DNA of 64,000 bases. It comes from the human T2T-CHM13v2.0 reference genome, Homo sapiens. Within the stretch, counting starts at the first letter, position 1. Every line of letters begins with the position of its first letter. The stretch lies in NCBI RefSeq assembly GCF_009914755.1, contig NC_060941.1; one strand, given 5' to 3'. Made by a program: the position numbers and the translations under genes. Shown piece after piece: positions 35,601 through 52,349 of this stretch. Below the pieces are notes generated by a model. The model did no database searches and had not been told where the DNA came from. It saw only the letters and a program-made list of their open reading frames with translations.

Positions 35601-37989
35601 GTTGGCCACCTGCAGGAGGAAACGAAAATGAGACTGCTCAGGACTGCGGGGTGAGCCCTACAGTTCTCCCTGGACATGGCCTGTTCAGACTCAAACCCAA
35701 CCCACACCCCAGGTGTGTAGAAGCCTGGTGAGGGCAGGAGGGGGCAGCGAGGGTCCACAGAACCTTCAAGTCCACCAGATGTGGCCCACCCTGAGGGCCG
35801 GGATCCCAACCTAGGCACTTGGTGGCTGAGGAAACCATGGTGGGTGTTTGGATGACTCTGCCTGGGCCTGTGTCCAAGGATGCAAATGACCACCCTCAGT
35901 GATTCCACCAAGGCCAGGGAGGCCTCGCCTCGGTCGGGGAGCAGCAGGTGGCAAATTGGAGCCCTGGCTGGGCAAACAGGAGCCTTGGCTGAGTTAGTGT
36001 GACCCAGGATGAGTCAAGGCTGAATGAGTTGAGTGTCCAATCCTCTTGCTGGTGGGTGGGGATCACGTCCCCTCAACTGGAAACAGGGCGGGCTCTGAGA
36101 CAGCTGTGCCCACTGAAGGGCGGGGAAAGATTCACCTGCTGGTTTCTGGCCCAGGACTGAGGACACTGGCACCTTTCCCTGCCTGTCTCTTGGGGCTTTC
36201 TTTTCATGATCCCTGAGCCTCCATGGAAGAAGTCCAACCACCTGAGACCAGCAGGCTGGAGGCCAGGTGCAGGTTCTCTGGAAGCAACCCTTCCAAGGCA
36301 CGAGTGCGGCCATCCACGTCTGAAACCAGCCCAGACACCACTGAAAACCATCATGCGTCCCAGGTGGAGACCACATAGAGCAGAAGAATCTTACAGGAAA
36401 GACTTGGGATTCCTAGAAGTATTCTTGGTATGATGGTCATACAAGACCATAGAAAGACACACAGGTATTATAATGGTTGAGTTTGTTCCATGGAAACAGT
36501 GGGACTAATTATAAATCTCATTAAAGGATATGAGCGACGACTGAGAACCAAACTCCTGTATAGGTTAAGTGTGTGTACATAGATCTTCTATTTACTTAGA
36601 ACTCTTCAGGAAATTTGCATGAGAAATGGCCAATGACTGTCTCTTGGAATGAGAGCCAGAGGTGATGAACGGCATTTTATTTTGATTTTACACACTCTTC
36701 ACTGTATGATCATTTTATACTAAATATGCATAATAAAAATAAAATCTTCTGATAATTAGTCACATAAATATGAGATTCACAATATGAGAGATAAAAACAT
36801 CTAAAAACAAAACAGACCCAGGCAATTGCATCATATGTGATCCAGTCCTATCACTTTAAAATTATCCAAAGGAATTATGCACATTTGCTAAGATTTTAAA
36901 TAATGTGATTCTTCTCAGTTCTCTATAAGCGTGACAAATTGGAAGTATGAAGTTGATCTCACACTGAATCTTGTATAAAAACAATGAACTCTAATGCAAT
37001 GATTTTTAAATTAAATTTACTTACATAATTAAACATGTCAAGGAATTAAAGGGAGGAGTATTGTCATCTGGAATCAGAAGAGCTCACAGCCATCTCCACT
37101 GTTGATTGAAGATTTGAGTGAGGGGTCTTAGAGACTGAGTCAGTGGGCTGGGGTCTAGGCTTCACTCCTTTTTGGATCAGGTAACTTTAACTTTGTGTCT
37201 GTTTCATTGTTTATTTAGCACTGCTGGTACAAACACAGAAGAGCAATTGATCCTCACGGGGTGTTCTTCAGGGACAGCTGGTGGTAGGTGAGGGTGAGCT
37301 GGGAGGAAGGTGGCATTTTGGGAGAGAAAGAGTGTCCACTCCCCAAGCAGTTTGATTTTCTGGGGCTGTCCCTTTGACACCAAAGGCAAGCCCTTACTGT
37401 TCTTTTCTATTTCTCCAAGCTCCCTCTGAGAATCACAGGTTAAGAATTTTTTTTGTACTAGTACTAATTATAAAAACTTTTGATTTTACTGCCAATTTAA
37501 AAAATTATATTTCATTTTTCTCCATTCACAGGAGCAAATCTGTGAACAGATGTTTTGTCTGTATTGAATATACTCTTGTTCTATGTATTCTGCTTTCATG
37601 AATCTAGTTATGCAGTATTTAATTTTTACCCTTTATTGATTACAAATACCATTTCAAGGAAAGCACAGTTTTTTGAGTCTTGAAGGAGAAAAGGGCTTTC
37701 CACAGGTAAGGCAGGTGGGAGTGAGATCAAGTTAGGATGTTGACCAAGAATGGTTTACACAGCAAAGCAGTGCTTACGACTACAAAGGTGCTTGCAGGCA
37801 TCTGTCTGGAGGTCTCCTCAATAGCAAAGCTCCTATTCTGCCCTTTATATTAATGTGTTTAGAGCCTCACTCCATTTCCCTGGCGGCATGGACTTTCTCA
37901 ATTTTTTCACTTCTGGCCACCTTGTGCAGATGTTTCCAGAATGGGGAATCTTTATTCCTGTTTCTGCCCAAGTTCATTCCTGGGTAGTT

Positions 37990-38401
37990 CTATTATAGTT
38001 TGAATATTTGTTTCCTCCAAATCGTATGTTGAAATTTACCCTCAGTGTTGGAGGTGGGGCCTAATGGGGGCAGATCCTTCGTGAATGGATTTAATGCCCT
38101 CCCTCAGGGGTGAGTGAGCTCTTGAGCTCTATTAATCTCAGGGAGAGCTGGTTGTTAAAAAGAGCCTGAACATCCCCTGTCTCTCTTGCCTCCTGTCTCA
38201 GCATGTAATCACTGCACAGGCCAGCTTCCCTTCCCCTTCTGCCACAAGAAGAAGCCACTTGAGGTCTCACCAGGAGCAGAGCAGATGGCAGCATCATGCT
38301 TTCAGTGCAGCCTGCAGACCGTGAGCCAAACAGACCTCTTTTCTTTATAAATTACCCACTCTCAGGTGTTCCTTTATAGCTACACGAAACAGACCAAGAC
38401 A
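37990..38401 (+). mobile_element. MaLR LTR (MSTB-like)
   Basis: Same family motifs as 28430-28854; ends ..cctttatagctacacgaaacagaccaagaca. Confidence 0.85.
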
Positions 38402-38950
38402 AGCTCCCTTCCTCCATTTGTCACAACCGTTGAGACACTTGTTTTCTTGGTTTTGTTTGTCTTAGTTGTTTTTGACTTTGCCTGGTCTTCTTCCTCAGTT
38501 GTTATCTATATTTAGGAGCATATATTTTACAGGGATAAAATATTCACTAACGAATACTTCTATTTTATTTTCACCCACATTTTAAAAAGATACAATTCTC
38601 GCTTTTGTGGTAGCAAATGTAGGAGATTTTCATTACTAAATGGCATTTTATACATTTTTCTTATAGGAATTTATTGATGTACGTATTTCTAACTTCCTAT
38701 ATGGATCAGCTCCTCACATTTTCTTACCTTAAAGAATGACTTTCGTAGTTCTTGACAGATGAAAGGGCTTTTCTCAGAGACTGTAGCAGGAAGACAGAGC
38801 AGGTGTGGGGGTTCCTTAGAAGGGGAGGGCTGGGGGGCAAGTTGCATGACACACCTCCTCAGCTGGCTCCTGGGAATGAAGACAAGGGGCTGTTTAACTA
38901 CAGACACACTCAGCACCATGAGAAAGCTAAAATAAACAAACAAAAAGCTA

Positions 38951-41575
<2,625 letters not shown>

Positions 41576-42210
41576 TTAACTCCTATTTCTCTGGAATTGT
41601 CTCATAAACTTCAGGTTGTCAATGAGAGACTGCTTGGAGGCTAAGCCTGCTCTGAGGGGCTGCAGCTACCCTGCCCCTGGCAGTGTCTTTGAATGCAAGG
41701 TGTGGATAAAGCTGGAGATTTTTCGATGGAGCAGAGGCCAGCCGGGTGGTTGCACTGACTCGTGATAATCCTGGTGGCAGTGCTGGAGGCCGGTGAGGTG
41801 GTGAAGGGCATGGCGCTTCGGACATGGGCCCTTCCTACGTGCAGGACCTCCTGGGGTGCAGAGGCTAATTTCATCTTGTATGGATGATGTTCCTCTTCCT
41901 CTGTCACCAGAGATGAGATTTTGTGTTCAGATCTGGCTCCCATAAGAGTCATGTCATCTGCGCTGTTTTTGATTTTGTTCTGAGCTTCCCACTGTGCCCT
42001 ATGGCTGGTGTTCCCCCAGTCCATGGCTGTGATTACATCTCTGATACACAAATTAGCTACAGCAGCCTTGCTTCCGGGGGTGACCTGGAAATGGAGAGGA
42101 TGCTTGAAGTCCTTGCTGCCCATGATGCAGAAGCCCCACGGTCCCGGGCCCTGAGAGACTGTCTACTGGGTGGTCATGGCATGGGGACAGACTTGCAGGA
42201 CAAGAGCACT
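41576..42210 (-). pseudogene. Processed PDLIM1 (CLP36) pseudogene, 5' ~60% only (PDZ and ALP/ZM region, no LIM domain)
   Basis: - strand ATG at 42177 reads MTTQ*TVSQGPGPWGF..GSKDF..VTPGSKAAVANLCI.DVITA.D..EAQN.IK..HPYKM.LAS.PQEVLH.G.AH.RSAMPFT.SPASST, matching PDLIM1. Intronless, with a stop at codon 5 (42163-42165) and later frameshifts. Confidence 0.92.
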
Positions 42211-42445
42211 GGTCATACCAAGAGAACCTGCTCTGAAAATTGAATTTTGCACAAGCCTAGCTGTAACCCGAGGACCAGTTTAAGCTCATATTTCCTCAAA
42301 CACACTGCCCTGACTCAAAGACCAACCTTACCTCCAGCTGTCACTCACCAGTCAGAGCTCACCAGCTCCCAGAAGCTTCTTCAGAGCCAATGTGCTTTCT
42401 TTCCAAACAATACCTAACATTTCTCTAATAAAACTCTCACCTTTC

Positions 42446-44317
42446 TTTTTTTAAAAAAACTTTTAATTTAGGTTTGAAGGTGCATGTTCAGGTTTGTTAT
42501 CAGTTTACGTAGGTGAACTCGTGTCATGGGCGTTTGTTGTACAGATTTTTTTCATCACCCGGGTATTAAACCCAGTACCCGCTAGTTATCTTTTCTGCTC
42601 CTCTCCCTCCTCCCACCCTCCACCCTCAAGTAAGCCCCATTGTGTGTTGTTCCCCTCTATGTGTCCATGTGTTGTGATCATTTAGCTCCCACTTATAAGT
42701 GAGAACATGTGGTATCTGGTTTTCTGTTTCTGCCTTAGTTTGCTAAGGATAATGGCCTCCCACTCCATCCATGTTCCTGAAAAAGACGATCTCATTTTTT
42801 ATGGCTGCATAGTGTTCCATGGTGTATATATGCCACATGTTCTTTATCTAATCTGTTATTGATGGTCATTTAAGTTGATTCCATGTCTTTGCTATTGTGA
42901 ACAGTGCTGCAATGAATATTTGTGTGCATGTGTTTTTAAAGTACAATGATTTATATTCCTCTGGGTATATAAATCCCAAATGGGATTGCTGAGTCAAATG
43001 GTAGTTCTGTTTTTAGCTCTTTGAGGAATTGCCACACTGCTTTCCACAATGGTTGAACTAATAATTTGCACTCCCACCAACAATATACAAGCTTTCCCTT
43101 TTCTCCAGCATCTGTTATTTTGTGACTTTTTAATAATAACCATTCTGACTTGTGTGAGAAGATATCGCATTGTGGTTTTGTTTTGCGTTTCTCTAATGAT
43201 CAGTGATATTGAGCTTTTTTTTTCATATGCTTGTTGGTCATATGTATGTCTTCTTTTGAAAAGCGTCTCTTCATGTCCTTTGCCCAGTTTTTAATGGGGT
43301 TGTTTTTCTCTTGTATATTTCTTTAAGTTCCGTAGAGATGCTGAATATTATGTCTTTGTCAGATGCATAGTTTGCAAATATTTTCTCCTATTCTGTAGGT
43401 TTTCTGTTTACTTTGTTGATGGCTTCTTTTGCTCTGCAGAGGCTCTTAAGTTTAATTAGATTCTATCTGTCAAATTTTGCTTTTGTTGCAATTGCTTTTG
43501 GTGTCTTCATCATGAAATTTTTGTCCATTTCTATGTCCAGGATGGTATTGCCTAGGTTGTCTTCCAGGGTTTTTACAGTTTTGGGTTTTACATTTTAGTC
43601 TTTAATCCAGCAGTCCACAACCTTTTTGGCACCAGGGACTGACTCTGTGGAAGACAATGTTCCCACAGAGAGCAGTAGGCAGGGGGATGATTTCGGGATG
43701 AAACTGTTCCACTTCAGATCATCAGGTATTAGTTAGATTCTCAAAAGGAGTGTACAACCTAGATCCCTCACATGTGCATTTCATGATAGGGTTCGCACTC
43801 TTATGAGAATCTAATGCTGCTGCTGATCTGACGGGAGGTGGAGCTCAGGTGGTAATGCTTGCTTACCAGCCACTCATCTCCTGCTGTGCGGCCTGGTTCC
43901 TAACAAGCCACAGAATGGTACCAGTCCATTGCCCAGGGGTTGGGGACCTCTGCTTTAATCAATCTTGAGTTAATTTTTGTATGTGGTGAGAGGAAGGGGT
44001 CCAGTTTCAATCTTCTGCATATGGCTAGCCAGCTATCCCAGCACCATTTATTGAACAGAGAATCCTTTCCCCAGTGCTTGTTTTTGTCAGGTTTGTCAAA
44101 GATCAGATACTTGTAGGTATGCGGCCTTATTTCTGGGTTCTCTATTCTGTTCCATTGGTCTATGTGCCTGTTTTTGTCCCGGTACCATGCTGTTTTGATT
44201 ACTGTAGCCCTGTAATACAGTTTGAAGTCAGGTAGCGTGATGCCTTCAGTTTTGTTCTTTCTGCTTAGGATTGCCCCTGGGCTATTCTGGCTCTTTTTGG
44301 TTCCATATGAATTTTAA
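42446..44317 (-). mobile_element. 5'-truncated L1PA (older PA subfamily)
   Basis: Typical L1PA 3' end in reverse (tttgttgtacagatt..catcaccc.ggtattaa.cc.agtaccc) continuing into ORF2 sequence; has a TSD. Confidence 0.9.
43608..43952. mobile_element. MER1B-like hAT-Charlie MITE nested in the L1PA
   Basis: cagcagtccacaacctttttggcaccagggac...ggttggggacctctg termini; perfect 8-bp TSD ctttaatc (43600-43607 and 43953-43960). Confidence 0.9.
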
Positions 44318-47300
44318 AATAAAAACTCTCAACTTTCTCTTTGTTCTTGGAACACACTGAAGACCACCCGATCTGTGAGTATGCCCCACTTTGCCATTCT
44401 TGCCTCCTAAATAATCAGTGTTAAGTTTAGAGATTCATCTCTATATTTTGTTTGACTTCAGCAATGTAAACTGTGAGTCAGAGCTGCAGTGGTGGAGGCT
44501 GCAACCTTGGCGGCGGGAAGGTCAGTTCACAGGGTTTCTCGGCATGCTCCTCCTGTGTCCCCACTGTCTACAGGTGCCCTCCATCATATATGTGTGCCCT
44601 TGGCTTGTAGACTGGCCTGATCTTTCCAGAACTATTTTTGGTCATGCCTCATGCATGAGCTTGTGCCTGAGCACAATGATGTGAAAATTAATTTAGTCAT
44701 ATCTTGTCCAAACTAAAAACATTGAACCATTTTAAAGGAAAGCAGCTTCCCAATGTTGCCATATATTGTTTTAAAATAATTGTAAAAAGTAGTTGCTCAT
44801 GTAACAGCACTGGGCCTGCCGTTGACCTTGCACGAGATAACTCACACACATCTGACAGCCTATTACTGTGGACGCAGTCCTCAGTGCTGCTGCTGCATGG
44901 GACCCTACTTCAGAGGAGCTCTGCAACAGCAAAAGTGCCAAGCAGATCAAAGAGGACACAGCAGGACCATGTGGAGCCCTCCTCCCAGTGGTCAGTTACA
45001 TCTTCTTTTGGTATCATGGTGGAGGTTGGGGGTGCCCCTGAAGACACCAGCTGAGCTTACTGTGCCTGCTTCCCATGCCCACTGTACCCACCATGACAAG
45101 CTGAGCATGTTTCTGTAGCCATCCTCTACCCTGAGTAGATACTCTGCATTCTTACTGTGCAATGCTTTCAGGACTGTGCCTCTGTGGTCACCCCTGTCGT
45201 CCAGCTCCGTTATGGCCACGGGAACCAGAACCTGGCATGTTCCAGCACCTCATTCTTCAGGTAGAAATCAACAAAACCTCCCAAATGGGAGAGGAGGGCC
45301 TAAAACCCTTGGAAAATTTCCTCTGTGAGATTTGCATGAGACTTGGAATGTCCTGAAGTTTAATATATGAAGGTATTTGAATGACACATAGAACTCCGTG
45401 TAAGACAGGTATAGCCAACAGAGAAAACCATTCATGTCAACAGTCTCCCTCGTGCTCTTTCGGAGACCCTCTGAATTATAGCACCCAGAGGCCCTGGATG
45501 GCTTGGGAGTGGATGAGCCCCACACACAGGCAGGAGAGTGGCGCATTCTCTGGGTAACGAAGAATCCTATAGCTAGAAGATTAGAAACAATTCTACATGA
45601 AACATTTGAAAGTATCTCTTGATCAGTTTATTTGTTTCTGAAGACACAGCTTTCCTTTCAGAAACAGTAGCCCAGAGAAAGGTCTCCACAACCAAAAAGC
45701 ACCGTGAATTGTTAATTGCATTTTGCCTGGCCACGTGAGTGAATTTCCTCCTGGATTGCATTGAATCTGCACTGTTTTGGAGACTGGCAGATCTGTCGTT
45801 GATAAAGCCACATGTGCAGGGTCATCATCAGTTGATGTACTTCCATCCTAGCTGATGCTGTTGATTTTTCCCTGCCAGGAAGCTTCCTGACACAGCCTGC
45901 ACCCCAGTGGACTTCCCAAAGCAAGTTGAGTCTGACTTTGCACACCTGACATGAGAGTCATCTGACTTCTGGGCACGCCACTGAATACTGATGTACCTGA
46001 AGGAACCCTGGGTACCAAACATGCTCAAGTGAATGAATGGTGTCCAGGAGAAAGCCCAGCAGGTGTCCAGACAATGGCCTCCCACCAGAGATCTTGTCAG
46101 CACGCTGGTATGAGCACTGTGTGCCTTAGTGTCTTTGTGTTCTGGTTGCAATGAAGTCTTTCTCCATAATGTCAGTTTTTATACTGTCCTAGTAGGACAT
46201 CATGTGATGAATTTTCATGTGATATGAATTCAGCCTAGGTATGTCTTAGGATTGGTTTAGAGGGAAGACTGAAGCAGGTGAAATGGCAACCCCTTGAATA
46301 CACATCCTTAATAAATTGAAAAATATTCAGCATGATTAAATGGTATCTTTTAAAATAGGAAACAAAATATTTCCTGTTCATTAGAGTCATTACATCAACT
46401 AAAGTCATCATAACTAAAATCATCATTACATCAACTAAAATACAAAATATGGAATCTAATCTGATCTTCAGCAGATGTTGGCATTTCTTTAAGTACACGT
46501 CTTCACTTCTGCAGTGCACTAACAGAGACTCAAGAATGACAAAGGGAAAAAAAAGGCAAAATTAGGAAAAAGGGAGACATTTTGTAGTTGATGTTGGATA
46601 CACTGGATGGACTATCCATTTGATATACCTTCTCATTGATAGAAGAGGAAACTTCAGGTTTCACAAAGGCAAATCGTGTTTCACGAGAAAAAGCAACGGA
46701 AAAATATCGATAATCAAAATATTTTAGTGTTTTATGAAGAACTGTATTGTAGCTTGAATCTTTAATTAAATAAGTGTTTTCTTTTGCATGTAAAATAGAA
46801 TTCAGCCTTTCCTAACTCAGGACAGCAATGGGCTGAAGACACTGCTGGGCCCATCCTGCCACCTGCTGGGAGGCCTTGTTCCCTCAAAAGCCTTGGTTTG
46901 GAAGGATGATTGGAAAATAGCTTTACACACCCATCCTTTATTGTGTTTTTATTCACAAAGCCTTAATATACCACCATACTTCATGTAGTTGATTTTTCAT
47001 ATCTCTGATAAGTTTTTAAATGTCAGTATTCCTACTAAAGTCTCTCTCTCTGTCCTGTGTTGTATGTTCTAGGGTGTATGAAGAAAGGGCTTCAGCAGAA
47101 ACAGAGGCTGAAGCCTGTGTGCTGGGGGCCGAGAGGCCAGAGGAGAATGTGATGAGACATAGAATTGGCATGGGGAGTGTCCCCAGACCTACTGATGACT
47201 TTGGCTCACAGATAACCAGGTCCCTGAGCAAGGGTGCTGACTGCAGCCTCTCTGCACAACCAGGACACCACCATGGGGTGGGGTGCATAATGTGTGGGGA

Positions 47301-47460
47301 CATCCACACTGTTGAAGGGGAGACAGCCAGGAAAAAAGAAGCGGCACCTCCATTGTCACCACGAGACACTTCCCCAATGCATCAGGTTTGCAAAACCAAG
47401 GGTGCAGAGCAGTGTCCACACAGGCTACTTTTTCTGTTCAAAATAAGAACCACAAAAAAG

Positions 47461-47783
47461 GGCTCAGTCACAGAGGCTCATGCCTGTAATACCAGCACTA
47501 CAGGAGGCCAAGGCAGGAGGATCGATTGAGCCCAGGAGTTCGAGATCAGCATGGGTAATATAGGAAGACCCTGTCTATACCAAAAAAAAAAAAATTTAAT
47601 TAGCTGGGCATGGTGGCTCATGCTTGTAGTCCTAGCAACTTAGGAGGCTGAGTCGGGAGGATCCCTTGAGCCCTGGAGTTTGAGGCTGCAGTGAGCTGTG
47701 ATGGCACCACTGCACTCCAGCCTGGGTATCAAAGTGAGACTCTGTCTCAAAAAAACCAAAACCAAAAAACCAACAAAACAAAA
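47461..47783 (+). mobile_element. AluJ
   Basis: ggaggatc..ttgagcccaggagttcgag diagnostics; 16-bp TSD aagaaccacaaaaaag (47445 and 47784). Confidence 0.92.
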
Positions 47784-48464
47784 AAGAACCACAAAAAAGA
47801 TGTCATAGCAATGCTGTGTGTACGGGAGTCTCCAGCAGGACACACAAACAATCCAGCGCTGACCTCTGGAGAGAACCGAGAGGCTGGGGATGCGGCAGGG
47901 AGGGGACGTCCACTCCGTGCCTGGATTCCTGTGAACATGGGGCCGTGCACAGTGCCCACGAAAATGAAAATGAAACCTGCCAGCCTGCTGGCCAGGGACT
48001 TGTAGTGAAGCACAAACACCACGGACGTGACTGTTGCTGGTGGAGGTTGCAGCCTCTGGATGCCTCAGTGGCGCTGTTCTTGCAGCTGAGCGGAAATGCC
48101 CATAGCGTCCGCATCTGGCACGTGCCCGGGGGCCTGCAGCCTCAACAGCCTCAACCCGGAGATACTGATGGTGTGGAAAGGCGGAGACACTGATGGTGCG
48201 AAAAGGAAAAGGCGTCTGGGAGGGCCTGTGAGCTGGAGGGCAGCCATTGGGGAGGTGGAGGAGAACCGTGAGGCGTGTTTCTCCGCATGACAGATGTCAC
48301 CTGAAACCACCCGGATGCTGGCCAAGGCTTTGGCCTCTTCTTGCTGCCTCTGTATTTCTGAAAATGCATTGCTAATGGGGTGAAGGGACTCACCCTCAGG
48401 CCTGCCGCCCCACCAGGCTGGGCCAGGACACCAGGCACCCGGCATTACCCCATCACAGCCCCAG

Positions 48465-48850
48465 GCTGCGTGTGTGTGTCTGGGCGTATCTGTATTTGCA
48501 TGTCTGTGTCTCTGTATCTATGCAGGTATAGATATGTATGTCTCTATTATCTATATTTGTGTGTCCATGTATATGTGTGTGTGCCTATGCAGATGTGTCT
48601 GTATGTGTGTGCCTGTGTGTCCATGTGTGTCTGTGTGTACTGATGTGTGATTGTATGTCCCTGTGTGTCTGTATGTGATCATGTGTGTCCATGTGTGCAC
48701 GTGTCCGCGTCTGTGTGTACTCATGTGTGACTGTATGTGTCCCTGTGTGTCTGTGTTGTGCATACCCATGTGTGTCTGTGCGCACATGTACATATCTGTG
48801 TGTAGTTGTGTCTGTGTCCCTGTGCACCCTTGTGTAGCTGGGTCTGTGTC
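48465..48850. repeat. Degenerate (TG)n-rich low-complexity tract
   Basis: Directly visible. Confidence 0.9.
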
Positions 48851-50859
48851 CAGCTGTGTAAAAGGCTTCAGCAGGGGAAGCTGGGCTCTGCCACAGGCCC
48901 TGATGAGAGTCAAGGCCATAAAACAAACCCTCTGAGCCCCAAACACCTGGTCCTAGGAACGGGCTGGACTTGGGAGTAAGTCAGCCCAGAGCGACTGTGA
49001 GGGCCCCAAGCCTGTGGGAACAAGAATGAAGAGGAGTCCTGGGTCTGGGGTCCAGGCCCCTCCTCAGCCAGTACTGAGAGGGCAAGAGAGAGATCATAGC
49101 AGGCTCTGCTGACTGGGCTGATTCTCTGCCCTGGAGACTGCAGGCCAGGGGTCTCCCTCTTGGCCTCCCCTGCCACTAGGTGATGCTCAGGGCTGGGGGT
49201 AGGGACAGACACTTCATGCCCTGGAGCTGCCTGACTGGCCCTGGCTGTGCCTGCTGCAGAAGTGGTATCAGCTGACATCATGAGGTGTGACATCACTGAG
49301 GCCTCCTCGAAGTTGAGTCTATTACTGTGGAAGAAGCCCATCAGTCCTCGTCCTCAGGAAGCTCATGATTCAGGCAAGGAAAGAGGCCCACAGCCAGACC
49401 ACTCTGATCTGTGCAGTCAGGACATGGCCAAGGAATCAGGCAGGATCCAGCCAGGAAAAAGAAGCCCTCCAGTTCTCTCCAACAGAGAGAATTGCGTCTA
49501 GGGAGCTGGTCACACTGTGATAAAGGCTCTGAGAGCTAAACAGGATGAGGAGGAATCCAGGATTGAAATCAGCAGGAAGCCGCCATCCCAGGCTGGAGGC
49601 AGGGAAGAAAGCAACAGGGTCACCAGTCCCAGGGGCTGTGTTCATGCGAAGGGAGCTGGAGCCTCGGCAGGGGTGTCTGGAGCCATGGGGCTGGTGGGGG
49701 CAGGTGGCCGCTGCTAGGAGGCCATCCAAGGAGAGACATAAGGAGAGACGTGCCCCCTTCCCCCACCACCACCAAGCGCAGAAGCCTGAGGGCAAAGGAT
49801 ACTGGGAAATGACCTGAGGGTCAGAGCAGGGGCCCATGGGGGTGGGATGGGGCCCACCTGACAGGCTAGGATGGGAGCACAGCTAGGCCTGCAGCAGGCC
49901 TGTCCCCAGGGGCCTGCTCAAACCACAACCTGCCACTCATCCTAGCAGGGGCCTGGTCTACAACAGGTGCTCAAAAGCATGAGTCGCACAGTGAGTGGGT
50001 GCAGAGTGGGAGATAAAGCCAGGTGGCTGGGGCCCCACATGGGAAGGAGAAGGAAGGGATGGACACTGGGTGTGTCCATGCCGAGACCTCAGAGGCTCTG
50101 AATGCCAGCTTGGGTTTGGCTGAAATCTGAGGGCTGGCACGTCCCCAAACATTCTCTCTCTCACCATAACTTGAAAATGAGTAAGATGTTTAGCCCTAAA
50201 GCATCAAAGCCCCTGACTGCTCTTGTTTCTGTCCTAAGCTAGACAGCCCAGTGTTCATTTCCCCCATTCTCCAGACAAGGAAACTGAGGCACAGAAACAT
50301 GGAGGACCTTGACCAAGTGACGAAGTGACCTGCCCGAGATTTCAGTTAGGGGTGGCACAGCTACAGCAAGGGGCGGTGGACGCCCACCCACCCCCGACTT
50401 TCCAAAGGTGGAGAGATTGCTGCAAACTGCCAGCAACTGGTGACAACCAGGAGAATGTGGTCAAGACCGTTCAGTGACCTTTCAGTTCTGCCTCGTTGGG
50501 TGGCAACCGTGCTTCAATCACCAGTGTTTTTCTCCAGACAGAATATAAAGAAGCAGAAACCTGTGATAACGCATGTGCCATCTGTGCCCCAACCACATCC
50601 TCTTGCCAGGGCCACAAGCCCTTGCAGGACTCAAGCAAGAGGGTGGATAAGGCAGGCCAAAGGGGTGGACACTCCTGACTCTAGGTTTCAATTTCTTAAG
50701 AAAGGCTGGAAATCAGGACTTTTTATGGAAACAAATCTTAGATTTGAAAATGCTGGCCCCTAGTTGGAATGTTTAAAGTATGTGGAATGAATCCATGGAG
50801 GCCAGGCTGAGTGCCTACAGTAGGGGCCAGGCCTGTGAGCTCTGCCAGCTCTGAAGCAA

Positions 50860-51200
50860 CTTTCTCAAGTGCCAAGCACATGCCGACCACAGGGCATTTG
50901 CACTGCTGCTCCCTGCCTGGAAAGCTCTTCCTGCTGGCATCTTGTGACTCATCCCGCACTGTCTTCAGGCATCTGCTCAAATGTCTCCTCCAGGAGGTCT
51001 TCCCTGACCTTTTCCTTCCCATTTCGCTGGTTTATTTTTCTTTACAGTGCTCACTACCACCTGACATCTCAGTGTTGTCCCGCTCCCGATGAGAACATCA
51101 GCTCCGTCGTGAGGGCAGGGTCCTTGTCTTAGGCATCCCTGGATGCACAGGGCCTGCCCAACCCAGAGCAGACACTCAGTCAACATTTGATGAATTCATG
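50860..51200 (+). mobile_element. L2 3' fragment
   Basis: cagggcatttgcactgctgctccctgcctggaa..ctcaaatgtc.cctcc..gagggcaggg..cactcagtcaacatttgatgaat. Confidence 0.7.
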
Positions 51201-52349
51201 GTTTAGCACTTCAGGACCCCTGAGGCATGGCCACGGGGACACAGGGCACCCAGGACCATATGCATCACAGACGTGATGTCTGAAAGAGAAGCCAGCTGAG
51301 CAGGTTCCAGCCCTTCCCACCCCACAGACTTGCTGGGAGCTTTGGGAAGCCCTGACCCTCTGGAGGCCTCAATTTCCCCACCTGTGCAGTGAGGAGGTGA
51401 TACATGCCACAGTCTCAGGAGCACTCATGGGGTCCCAAGGTGGCCATCATTGCTGGCTTCCTCAGCCAAGCAGAGGGACAGATAGATTGATCAGCTCCAT
51501 ATTGATTGCAGGGACGCAGCTGCTCTGGAGGGGGCAGGAGGAGTGGGAAGCTGAGTGGAGCCAGGACCCCTGGAGGAAGGAAAAGCAAATGCCACAGCCC
51601 CATCAATGCCTGGGACCAGGGGGCGGGAAGGGCCGTGATCACCCATCTGAGGGTTTCTTCCCCTGTCACCTAGGGGTTCAGAGAAGCTCAAGGGAGCTCC
51701 AGGGGAGCCCAGGCCAGGGCGAGTTCTGAACATGGCAAAGAGACCTCCCCAGCGCACCCTGAGGAGGCCATCTCAAAGCTTCCCCGCTTCTAAGTCATGG
51801 AGCAGCTGAGGCCGGGGGCTGGGCCAAGGGAGTCCCAGGGGGTCCCTGCCCATTCAAGCCATGACATTTCTTGGATGCCGTTCACTGAGTCTGGAAGTGT
51901 ATGCAAGGCTGGCATTCTGCTGCAGAGTCCACTTGAGGCTTGTTTTCATACAAGAGCCTCACGTCCTGCCCTGGATCTTCCAGGAAAGCCAACGCCCAAC
52001 AGATGAGATGCTGGGAATGTGGCCAGCTCTCTCTGGGAGTGATATCCCCATGTGGGACATGCAGCTACAGCACAAAGAACCAGGACCTAGGGGTCCAGGG
52101 TGGGGGGAGGGGGCCTAAGGTTAAATCCCAGCTCCACTCCAACTTGTGGGGTGAAACCCTTTTCCCCTGAGAACCTTGATTTCCTCATCTGGAGCCTGTC
52201 CCTTGGGGTCCTGGGTCCCTGGCTGGAGCTCCTGGTTTTTAGGGAGGGAGGAGTAAAAAGCAGCCTTGGATTGGACCGATGGGCAGGTAGGGAGCCCAGA
52301 GGGAAGACACAGACAGGATGAGACCATGAGGACTGTTGTTAAGGCCTTG

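Larger units (their letters stand above)
42211..44463 (+). mobile_element. ERV1 LTR (MER34-like), 5'-truncated and split by an L1PA insertion (pieces ~42211-42445 and ~44318-44463)
   Basis: Ends ..tttagagattcatctctatattttgtttgacttcagca like MER34. The duplicated aataaaa(a)ctctca(c/a)ctttc on both sides of the L1 is its TSD. Confidence 0.65.

Noticed and set aside
41641-42123. 160-aa PDZ-like ORF as a functional retrogene
   Set aside because: The ancestral frame has a stop at codon 5, this ATG lies after the PWGF ligand-binding loop, there are many substitutions and a frameshift, and the LIM domain is gone.
48380-48946. Cys/Val-rich and His/Thr-rich ORFs
   Set aside because: Translations of the (TG)n tract.
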